Below are positions 1 to 7,479 of a DNA stretch of 39,063 nt, piece after piece. Every line of letters starts with the position of its first letter. Position 1 is the stretch's first letter. Made by a program: the position numbers and the translations under genes. The stretch lies in sequence record SRR31156797_6242; one strand, given 5' to 3'. The notes below the pieces were generated by a model. It did not search any database. It was not told the DNA's origin and saw only the letters and a program-made list of their open reading frames with translations.

Positions 1-32
1 CGAACGAAACTGACTAAAGTCATTAATAAAAC

Positions 33-77
33 AAGCACCGCAGCAAAACAGAGATCGCTCGTTTTGCTGCGGTGCTT
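33..77. terminator. Intrinsic terminator, probably bidirectional, downstream of hsp20
   Basis: Perfect 17-bp inverted repeat AAGCACCGCAGCAAAAC (33-49) / GTTTTGCTGCGGTGCTT (61-77), 12 nt past the hsp20 stop. Confidence 0.8.
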
Positions 78-89
78 TGATTGCCTTCG

Positions 90-521
90 TTACTCGATCG
101 GAATCAGTTTCTTTGACGCTTGTTTGCCTTGGTCTTTTGGCAACGTCAATTTCAAAATTCCTTCAGCGTAAGAGGCTTTGATTTCATCCTCTTTGACGTT
201 TTCTAACAGGTATTGTCGCCGAACGCTTGTCAAGCTGCGCTCGCTGCGAACCAGACGTCCTTTTTCATCTTCGGTCGCATGATCCGTCTGGTGTTGTCCC
301 GTAATCGTTAAAACCCCATTCTCATAGGTTACTTGAATATTTTCCTTAGGGATGCCAGGCAGTTCTGCTTCAACGAGAAATTCATTGTCATTCTCGTGAA
401 TATCGGTTTTGATCAGGTTCGATGGAAATCCATCAAAAAAGCTGCGGCCAAAATCTTCAAAGAAATCAAAAGGTGTCATACTGTATGAATCTGAGCGGCG
501 TGGCACAATCTCATGTGTCAT
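90..521 (-). CDS. Hsp20/alpha-crystallin family small heat-shock protein
   Basis: Motifs [39 protein letters not shown] and C-terminal IPIE (IXI). Start moved to ATG 521, which has AGAAAGGA at proper spacing. Confidence 0.93.
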   Translation of the reverse strand: MTHEIVPRRSDSYSMTPFDFFEDFGRSFFDGFPSNLIKTDIHENDNEFLVEAELPGIPKENIQVTYENGVLTITGQHQTDHATEDEKGRLVRSERSLTSVRRQYLLENVKEDEIKASYAEGILKLTLPKDQGKQASKKLIPIE

Positions 522-719
522 AAGAATCATCCTTTCTTTATTCTTTTGTTTTTACACTTTTTATTTTATTCATTTTTTAGCGAATTTCAAGTGATTTACT
601 CGCTTTAAAAAAATCTTAAAAAACCTTTGATACCAACGTTTTACTCCTTGATTTTGGCGTGTTTTTACATTGCTTCGTTCCTGTTTTCCCCCTCATTTCG
701 CCTGCTTTTTCTGCGTGAC

Positions 720-743
720 AGTATATACTTAATGATATATACT
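720..743. promoter_or_regulatory. Putative GntR/HutC-family operator pair upstream of the yitT-gntR-pepV operon
   Basis: Palindrome AGTATATACT (720-729) and GATATATACT (734-743); the same core recurs at 3749-3786. Confidence 0.55.
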
Positions 744-768
744 AAAAGCGAAGTGGAGGAGGAAAAAC

Positions 769-1611
769 ATGGCACGTTATAGAAAACGAATGCTTGTTGC
801 TTTGATCTATGCATTGCTGTCGTCGATTGCCCTAAATCTCTTTTGGCTGCCGGAAAATATTTATGCGAGTGGGATCACTGGTTTGTCGCAATTGCTGTCG
901 CAGCTTTTAGATGAGCAGTTGAATCTGCAGCTTTCGATCCCGCTTTTGGTGCTTTTTTTTAATGCGCCATTGTTAGCGGTTGCTTGGGTCAAAATCGATC
1001 GAGAATTTACCATCATGACGGTTTGTACCGTCGTCCTGTCTTCTGTTATGATGAAGGTGGTACCGGTCATTGCTTTAACGACCGATCCGGTGATCTGTGC
1101 CGTGTTCGGCGGATTGCTGCACGGGGTGTCGGTGGGCTTGACATTGAACGACGATTTTTCAACGGGTGGGCTTGATATTTTAGGGATTTTAGTGAAAAAA
1201 GCCACTGGTAGAAGTATCGGCAGTTTCTTTATCGGCTTCAATGTCAGTTTGCAGCTAGCAGCCGGGCTGATCTTTGGCTGGCCTTATGCTTTTTATAGTG
1301 CCATTTCCTTCTTCATCAGTGGGCGGATGGTCGACTACGTCAACCTGAAGCAGCGGCGTGTACAGCTGCTGGTCGTTACAGAAAAAGCAGAACCCGTCAT
1401 TACGACGTTGCAATGTGCCTTGCAGCGAGGCATCACGGTCATCAACGATGTCGAAGGTGGATTTGATCATCAACAGAAAAAACTATTATTACTGGTCATT
1501 TCCCATAGAGAACTCAAGACTGTCGAAGGCATGATCCAAGGAATCGATGAACAAGCATTTGTCAGTGTTTCTTCTGGCGTCAGTGCCAATCGATCGTTTT
1601 ATGAATGGTAG
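769..1611 (+). CDS. YitT family membrane protein
   Basis: Multiple TM segments, ASGITG and STGGLD motifs, C-terminal soluble domain (RGITV...IDEQAFV); RBS GGAGGAGG. Confidence 0.88.
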   Translation: MARYRKRMLVALIYALLSSIALNLFWLPENIYASGITGLSQLLSQLLDEQLNLQLSIPLLVLFFNAPLLAVAWVKIDREFTIMTVCTVVLSSVMMKVVPVIALTTDPVICAVFGGLLHGVSVGLTLNDDFSTGGLDILGILVKKATGRSIGSFFIGFNVSLQLAAGLIFGWPYAFYSAISFFISGRMVDYVNLKQRRVQLLVVTEKAEPVITTLQCALQRGITVINDVEGGFDHQQKKLLLLVISHRELKTVEGMIQGIDEQAFVSVSSGVSANRSFYEW

Positions 1612-1637
1612 CAAAGTGAAAGAAAGTAGGAGAGACG

Positions 1638-2366
1638 TTGAAAAAACAAGCAGTATTTCAAGAAGTTGCCCAGCAGATTGCGCAACGGGTTCATGAAGGT
1701 ACGTACGTGACGAGCCAAAAGCTTCCTTCCGATTATGATTTAGCAGAGGAATTTCAGTGCAGCCGTTTAACGGTGCGCAAAGCCATCGATCTATTAATTG
1801 GCCAGAATTTGTTAGTGAAAGAAAAAGGCAAAGGAACCTATGTCATGAAACAGCCCAAGATCCAAAGCGGCTCTGGCGGGCTCCAAAGTTTTACCGAGAC
1901 CGCCAAAATCCAAGGGAAAAAGACCCGTACGGAAGTTTTGCATATCGAAACCGTCAAAGAGCTCCCGATAGAGATTGGTCAGCTGTTTGGCGATTACGCC
2001 AAGGAACCGATCGTTTATTTGGTGCGCTTGCGTTACTTTGATGATGAACCGATGACGGTGGAAAATCTTTACGTACTGAAACGCTATCTGCAAGAAGACA
2101 CCGCAGAACTCACGAAAGCTCAATTAGAGTCGTCTTTGTATCAAGTCATTGAAGCCAACATCGAGATTGGTTATTCCCATCAAGAGGTGGAAGCTGTGAA
2201 AAGTCCTGCCGATATTGCGAAACTTTTACAGGTGCCTCAAGAGGAACCGATGCTTTTGGTCCATTCGATGACCTATTCCGCATCAGCCAAACCGATCTTA
2301 TACGATACATCCTATTACCGAGCAGACAAATATACCTTCAAAAATACATTAGTGCGTCAAAAATAA
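1638..2366 (+). CDS. GntR family transcriptional regulator, HutC/UTRA subfamily
   Basis: N-terminal wHTH (KLPSDYDLAEEFQCSRLTVRKAI...KGKGTYV), C-terminal UTRA-like domain (SYYRADKY); TTG start after AGGAG. Confidence 0.93.
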   Translation: MKKQAVFQEVAQQIAQRVHEGTYVTSQKLPSDYDLAEEFQCSRLTVRKAIDLLIGQNLLVKEKGKGTYVMKQPKIQSGSGGLQSFTETAKIQGKKTRTEVLHIETVKELPIEIGQLFGDYAKEPIVYLVRLRYFDDEPMTVENLYVLKRYLQEDTAELTKAQLESSLYQVIEANIEIGYSHQEVEAVKSPADIAKLLQVPQEEPMLLVHSMTYSASAKPILYDTSYYRADKYTFKNTLVRQK

Positions 2367-2391
2367 AATCAATCCTTTAGAGGTGAAGACA

Positions 2392-3693
2392 ATGGATCCA
2401 CTCACAGCAAGTATTGAAGCCAATTGGTCAGAATTTCTCACGCTTTTGAGCGAGGTGATGCAGATCGCAAGCGTCAAAGGTGAGCCGGCGCCTCATGCGC
2501 CTTATGGCACAGGACCACGAGAAGTGTTAGCATACGTCATGGAAAAAAGCGCAGCATACGGGTTTCAAACAACGGTCATCGATGATGCGATCGGCTATGC
2601 CCATTGGGGACCAACGGATACCGACTATATCGGTGTGTTAGGACACTTGGATGTCGTCTCGGCAGGTTCTGGCTGGAGCTACCCACCGTTTGCACTAACT
2701 GAAAAAGACGGCAACTTTTATGGCCGAGGGATCTTAGATAACAAAGGCCCGATCATCAGCTGTTTGTTTGCCATGAAAGTATTGAAAGACCTTGGTTATC
2801 AACCGCAATTACCGCTGCGGATCATTTTCGGTACAGATGAAGAAAGCGGCATGTCGGATATCCCGCATTATCTAGCGGTTGAGCAGCCACCGCGTTTTGG
2901 TTTTACGCCAGACTGCAAGTATCCAGTGGTTTACGGCGAACGGGGTGTCGTCAATGTGCAACTTGATTTTCCATTGCCCGTCCAAGAACAGCAGCTGTTA
3001 GCTGCGTTTTCTGGCGATCAATTCCGCGATCATGTGCCAGACCACCTATCGGTAACCGTAGGCAGCCAGTCCTTTGAATCACTAGGCAAACGTTCCCCTA
3101 GCAATGCCCCTGAGCTAGGGGACAATGCCATTACAAAGCTTGCCCAGCAAGCAGCACCGCAACTAGCGGCGACACCGTCCTTGCAAGCAGCTTTGCAGTG
3201 GATCGCCCAAAGTTTTCACCAGCAGCACTATGGCGAAGGCATTGATTTGGTACTAGAAGATGCTGATTCAGGAAAGTTGATCTTGACCCCTGTGGTTCTC
3301 CAAAAATCCGCCAGTGGACTAGCGTTAGAAGTGGCCTTTCGCTATCCTGTATCGGTAACGGAGGAACAAGTACTCGCTGGGGTGCAAAAGGCATTGCCAG
3401 AAGGGGCAAGCCTTACGATCCTTCGCAGCATTCCGGGGTTCTGCCGATCAAAAGATGCCCCCGAAATCCAAACGCTATCGACGATCTATCACCAAGTAAC
3501 GGGCAATGATCCAACCCCCGTGACCACTACAGGAGCAACCTATGCCCGCAAGATGCCAAATATCCTTGCTTTCGGTCCGTCTTTTCCAGGGCAAAAAGGG
3601 ATCGCTCATAACCAAGATGAGTACATGGCGGTTGCCGATCTACGGATGAATCTTGAAATTTATCTGCGCAGCTTACAAGCACTGACAAAATAA
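2392..3693 (+). CDS. M20 family Mn/Zn dipeptidase (PepV/Sapep-like)
   Basis: Metal-ligand motifs GHLDVV, GRGILDNKG, TDEESG, FTPD, AHNQDE. ATG 2392 follows GAGGTG (GTG 2383 is the alternative). Confidence 0.88.
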   Translation: MDPLTASIEANWSEFLTLLSEVMQIASVKGEPAPHAPYGTGPREVLAYVMEKSAAYGFQTTVIDDAIGYAHWGPTDTDYIGVLGHLDVVSAGSGWSYPPFALTEKDGNFYGRGILDNKGPIISCLFAMKVLKDLGYQPQLPLRIIFGTDEESGMSDIPHYLAVEQPPRFGFTPDCKYPVVYGERGVVNVQLDFPLPVQEQQLLAAFSGDQFRDHVPDHLSVTVGSQSFESLGKRSPSNAPELGDNAITKLAQQAAPQLAATPSLQAALQWIAQSFHQQHYGEGIDLVLEDADSGKLILTPVVLQKSASGLALEVAFRYPVSVTEEQVLAGVQKALPEGASLTILRSIPGFCRSKDAPEIQTLSTIYHQVTGNDPTPVTTTGATYARKMPNILAFGPSFPGQKGIAHNQDEYMAVADLRMNLEIYLRSLQALTK

Positions 3694-3711
3694 GCGAAGA
3701 CGCGAACGAAG

Positions 3712-3748
3712 AAGAGTTTTTCCAATTTTTTTGAGAAACTCTTTTTTT
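3712..3748 (+). terminator. Intrinsic terminator after the peptidase gene
   Basis: AAGAGTTTTTCCAA / TTGAGAAACTCTT stem followed by a T-run. Confidence 0.7.
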
Positions 3749-3786
3749 AGTATAGACATAGTAGTATATACCGTATAGAATATACT
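3749..3786. promoter_or_regulatory. Putative GntR/HutC-family operators upstream of the glycosylasparaginase-PTS operon
   Basis: AGTATAGACA (3749-3758), AGTATATACC (3763-3772), AATATACT (3779-3786); core resembles the GTATAGAC core of NagR-type sites. Confidence 0.55.
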
Positions 3787-3800
3787 TGAAAGCGCTATGA
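3787..3800. promoter_or_regulatory. cre-like site (CcpA)
   Basis: TGAAAGCGCTATGA versus consensus TGWAANCGNTNWCA, just upstream of the RBS. Confidence 0.5.
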
Positions 3801-3817
3801 AAAATGGAGGGATAGTT

Positions 3818-4765
3818 ATGTGGGGAATGATTGCTACATGGCGGATGGCACACGATGGCGTGCTCGCTGCTAAATCACTATTAGAACAACAAGGCTCCTG
3901 CCAAGATGCAGTAGAAACAGCCATTAAAGCAGTGGAAGATTATCCATTTTATAAATCGGTGGGGTATGGCGGGCTGCCCAACGAAGAAGGCGTGTTGGAA
4001 ATGGACGCTGCCTTCATGGATGGTGATACCTTCAAAATTGGTGCCGTCGCTGGGATCGTCGATGTGGAAAATCCTATTTCCGTGGCACGCCGCCTAAGTG
4101 AGGAAAAATTCAATAGTTTTCGAATCGGCCAAGGAGCGGTCGCTTATGCGCTTGCCGAAGGATTCCAGCCCAAAGAGATGCTGACACCGCGAGCCAAAAC
4201 CATTTGGGAAAAGCGCAAAGCAGAGATCGCTGCCAACAACCTCGATCCCTATGACGGCCACGATACAGTGGGAGTAGTTGCGCTAGATGAACACCAAAGC
4301 ATGGCAGCAGGAACCTCGAGCTCTGGTTTATTTATGAAAAAAAGCGGTCGTGTCGGCGATTCACCGTTATCTGGTTCTGGTTTTTATGTGGATAGTGAAA
4401 TCGGCGGTGCCGCTGCCACAGGGTTAGGGGAAGACTTGATGAAAGGCTGCCTTTCCTACGAAATCGTCCGTTTGATGGGAGAAGGGCTAGCACCGCAAGA
4501 AGCATGTGATCAAGCCGTTTACGACTTTGAAGCGCGATTGAAGAAGCGCTATGGCAAAGCCGGCGCCTTCTCGCTGATCGCCTTAGATAAACAGGGGCGC
4601 TGGGGGGTGGCAACCAATGTAGAATTTACCTTTAGTGTCGCAACCACCAATCAAGCGCCAGCTATTTTTATGGCAACGCCAGGACCTGAGCAGACAACCA
4701 TGATCGAGCCTATTACGAAAGAATGGTTGGAAGCGTATGAAAAACGAATCAAAGCGCCGGTCTAA
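3818..4765 (+). CDS. N(4)-(beta-N-acetylglucosaminyl)-L-asparaginase (glycosylasparaginase, Ntn hydrolase)
   Basis: SVGYGGLPN, EMDAAFMDG, autocleavage site GHD/TVG, GRVGDSP, ATGLGE; RBS GGAGG before ATG 3818. Confidence 0.92.
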   Translation: MWGMIATWRMAHDGVLAAKSLLEQQGSCQDAVETAIKAVEDYPFYKSVGYGGLPNEEGVLEMDAAFMDGDTFKIGAVAGIVDVENPISVARRLSEEKFNSFRIGQGAVAYALAEGFQPKEMLTPRAKTIWEKRKAEIAANNLDPYDGHDTVGVVALDEHQSMAAGTSSSGLFMKKSGRVGDSPLSGSGFYVDSEIGGAAATGLGEDLMKGCLSYEIVRLMGEGLAPQEACDQAVYDFEARLKKRYGKAGAFSLIALDKQGRWGVATNVEFTFSVATTNQAPAIFMATPGPEQTTMIEPITKEWLEAYEKRIKAPV

Positions 4766-4804
4766 CAACCGCGATTGAGAAAAACAAACATTGGAGGAAT
4801 GGAT

Positions 4805-5137
4805 ATGGCAACGAAAAAAATCTATTTGTTTTGTGAAGCTGGAATGTCAACGAGTATCATGGTCAATAAAATGATGGAAGTCGTCAAAAAGCACAACATG
4901 CCTTTGACGATCGAAGCATTCCCTGCAATCCATGCAGAAGAAAAAGTCGAACAAGAAAAACCAGTTGCTATTTTGTTAGGTCCACAAGTACGACACTTAG
5001 ATAGCAAAATGAAAGCAACTTTCGAGCCAATGGGGATTCCAGTCGGCACGATCGCAACAGAAGCATACGGCATGATGGATGGCGAACGAGCATTGAAAGA
5101 TGCCTTAAGCTTGATCAAAAAAGCCAAAGCAAAGTAA
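4805..5137 (+). CDS. PTS IIB component, lactose/cellobiose family
   Basis: Phospho-acceptor motif CEAGMSTS, LLGPQV, YGMMDG; RBS GGAGG before ATG 4805. Confidence 0.93.
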   Translation: MATKKIYLFCEAGMSTSIMVNKMMEVVKKHNMPLTIEAFPAIHAEEKVEQEKPVAILLGPQVRHLDSKMKATFEPMGIPVGTIATEAYGMMDGERALKDALSLIKKAKAK

Positions 5138-5205
5138 TAAAAGTGTTGGAGTAACAGGGGACTACGTGTTATCTGCCAGATAGCACGCAGATGGGAGGAA
5201 GAAAA

Positions 5206-6561
5206 ATGCAGAAATTTTTAAACTGGTTAGAAAAAGTGTTAACACCGATGGCAAAGACGATCGGTGAAAACAAATATTTGATTGCGATTCGTGATGGTTT
5301 CTTATTATCCACACCGTTGTTGATCGTGGGTTCACTCTTTTTAGTCTTGACCAATTTTCCGATTCCAAATTGGAACGAGATGATGAGCAGTTTGCTGGGA
5401 GACAACTGGGCAACGATGTTGAATATGCCAGCAACAGCCAGCTTTGACATTATGACGATTTTAGCCGTTGGTGGGATCGGGTATAGTTTGGCAAAACAGT
5501 TTAAAGTTGATGCCATGCAAGCAGCCATTATTTCACTCGTTTCTTTTTTTATCGTGACACCATTTACGACCGTTTTCACACCAGAAGGCTCTACGGAAGT
5601 GTATGAAGTTGGCAGCCTGCCATTACGGTGGATGGGTTCCAGCGGTTTGTTCTTAGGGATGGTCGTTGCCTTGATTTCCACCAGAATGTTCGTTGCCTTA
5701 TTACGCAAAGGGTGGACAATCAAAATGCCTGACGGTGTTCCCCCAACCGTGGTGAAATCCTTTGAGGCATTGATTCCTAGTTTTGTGATCGTGACGGTTT
5801 TTATGATCGCCAACTGGTTAGCCAACTTGACGTCTTATGGCAATCTGCAAGAGATCCTCTTTAAGTTCTTACAGACACCGTTGTTAAGTTTAGGAAATAC
5901 TTTAGGTGCCATGATCATAGCTTACCTATTTTTGCATTTTTTCTGGTTCTTTGGGATCAATGGTTCCAGTGTGGTCGGTGCCGTCTTCAACCCTATCTTA
6001 CGGGCATTATCTATTGAAAACTTAGATGCTTTCAAGAATGGCGCAGAAATTCCTAACATCATCACCGGTCAATTTCAAGACATGTTCGCGACCTTTGGCG
6101 GGGGCGGTTCGACATTATCTTTGATTTTAGTCATGATCTTAGTCTGTAAAAGCCAACGGGTCAAAAAACTATCACAGTTATCGTTGATTCCAGGTATTTT
6201 CGGGATCAATGAACCAATCATCTTTGGGTTACCAATCGTCTTGAATCCAGTTCTGCTGATTCCTTTTGCTTTAGTGCCAACGATCAATATTATTATCTCT
6301 TACTTCTGTATGGATCTTGGGTTAGTCAACTATACCAATGGAATTCAGCTGCCATGGACCACGCCACCGATTATTTCTGGTTTCTTAGTCAGTGGTTGGC
6401 AAGCGGCCGTGTTACAAGTCTTGTTGATCCTCTTAGGAATGGCTATTTATTACCCGTTTATCAAAGTCTTAGATAATCAATATCTAAAAGAAGAAGCGGA
6501 TGCCGTTGAACAAGAAGAAGAGGAAATCAATTTTGATGATTTCGATTTTGATGATCTGTAA
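5206..6561 (+). CDS. PTS IIC component, lactose/cellobiose family
   Basis: AIRDGF, IKMPDGVPP, WFFGING, GIFGINEPIIFGLPIVLNP, YYPF; acidic C-terminal tail. Confidence 0.93.
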   Translation: MQKFLNWLEKVLTPMAKTIGENKYLIAIRDGFLLSTPLLIVGSLFLVLTNFPIPNWNEMMSSLLGDNWATMLNMPATASFDIMTILAVGGIGYSLAKQFKVDAMQAAIISLVSFFIVTPFTTVFTPEGSTEVYEVGSLPLRWMGSSGLFLGMVVALISTRMFVALLRKGWTIKMPDGVPPTVVKSFEALIPSFVIVTVFMIANWLANLTSYGNLQEILFKFLQTPLLSLGNTLGAMIIAYLFLHFFWFFGINGSSVVGAVFNPILRALSIENLDAFKNGAEIPNIITGQFQDMFATFGGGGSTLSLILVMILVCKSQRVKKLSQLSLIPGIFGINEPIIFGLPIVLNPVLLIPFALVPTINIIISYFCMDLGLVNYTNGIQLPWTTPPIISGFLVSGWQAAVLQVLLILLGMAIYYPFIKVLDNQYLKEEADAVEQEEEEINFDDFDFDDL

Positions 6562-6578
6562 GAAAAGAGGCACCGCTC

Positions 6579-7097
6579 ATGAAAAAAATAATTTTGATTC
6601 TTAATCATGTCACTGCAGGGATGGGAAGTGATGAAAATGCTCAGTTGCCGCCAAGCGGCAAAAAAGCTGCCCTTGGTCCAGGTCGAACCTTGAATCCACT
6701 TTTTCAAGAGCAAGACGCACAAATCGTTGCAACGCTTTATTGTGGTGACCAATATTATCACGAGCATCAAGAAGAAGTGAATAAAAAATTTGTGGGGATT
6801 GCCAAAAAATTTGAAGCAGATGCCGTTCTTTGCGGACCTGCGATGCATTATCCTAATTTTGGCGAAATGGCAGCAGGATTGACGAAAGTATTCAATGCGC
6901 AAGGAATTCCAGGGGCTGCAGCGATGTCAGAGGAAAACCCAGCAGTGGCAATCTATGCCAAAGACATCTATATTTTGAAGATGCCGAAAAAAGGCGGGAT
7001 TGGATTGAATGATTCCTACAAAAAGATGGCGCACGTTGTTTCCCAGCTTGCCCACGGGAAGCCTCTAACAGAAGTAGACCAAGAGGATTTGTTTTAA
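6579..7097 (+). CDS. GrdB-related putative oxidoreductase (N-terminal part of the glycine/proline reductase B family)
   Basis: LNHVTAGMGSDE, GPG, TLYCGD, CGPAMHYPNFG and AMSEENP resemble the GrdB N-terminal half; only 172 aa, TAA stop. Confidence 0.7.
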   Translation: MKKIILILNHVTAGMGSDENAQLPPSGKKAALGPGRTLNPLFQEQDAQIVATLYCGDQYYHEHQEEVNKKFVGIAKKFEADAVLCGPAMHYPNFGEMAAGLTKVFNAQGIPGAAAMSEENPAVAIYAKDIYILKMPKKGGIGLNDSYKKMAHVVSQLAHGKPLTEVDQEDLF

Positions 7098-7101
7098 AGA
7101 G

Positions 7102-7133
7102 AAAGACGATCAGCGATGGCTGGTCGTTTTTTT
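7102..7133 (+). terminator. Intrinsic terminator ending the PTS operon
   Basis: AAAGACGATCAGC-GATG-GCTGGTCGTTTT plus T-run. Confidence 0.8.
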
Positions 7134-7337
7134 GTCCTCAATAGACACTAATAGCCATTGAAAGAAGGGCAGAATACTAGAGGGAGTATACGGCAATCTT
7201 AGATAAAATAGTAGAAGGAAGAGTGATTTTTTTCAAAAGTGAACAAAAATTTTTTAAACCTATTGTTCAACTGAGCACATGACATTTTTCTTAATAAAAA
7301 CCGAAACTTTTGTCCACTTCTTTTCCTTAAAACCTCT

Positions 7338-7351
7338 TGAAAACGCTTAAT
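7338..7351. promoter_or_regulatory. cre-like site upstream of adhE
   Basis: TGAAAACGCTTAAT. Confidence 0.45.
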
Positions 7352-7371
7352 TTAAAGGGAGTTTAATAAAA

Positions 7372-7446
7372 CTGTGAAAAAAATCACAAAAACTATTTAC
7401 AAACAAAAAAAGATGTTGTATGATCTGTATGTGAAGTAGTTAACAA
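7372..7446 (+). promoter_or_regulatory. adhE sigmaA promoter flanked by two Rex boxes
   Basis: CTGTGAA-AAAA-ATCACAA (7372-7389) and ATGTGAA-GTAG-TTAACAA (7429-7446) versus Rex consensus TTGTGAA-N4-TTCACAA; -35 TTTACA (7396-7401), 17 bp, -10 TATGAT (7419-7424). Confidence 0.8.
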
Positions 7447-7479
7447 ACAAAACTTGTTTAAAAACTAGGAGGACAAACA

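Noticed and set aside
531-700. CIRCE or CtsR box upstream of hsp20
   Set aside because: Only a weak inverted repeat (AGCGAAT/ACTCGCT, 579-604) is present; it matches neither TTAGCACTC-N9-GAGTGCTAA nor GGTCAAA repeats.
5169-5825. 218-aa antisense ORF and the many other shadow ORFs inside genes
   Set aside because: They lie antisense or out of frame to well-supported genes and show no recognisable motifs.
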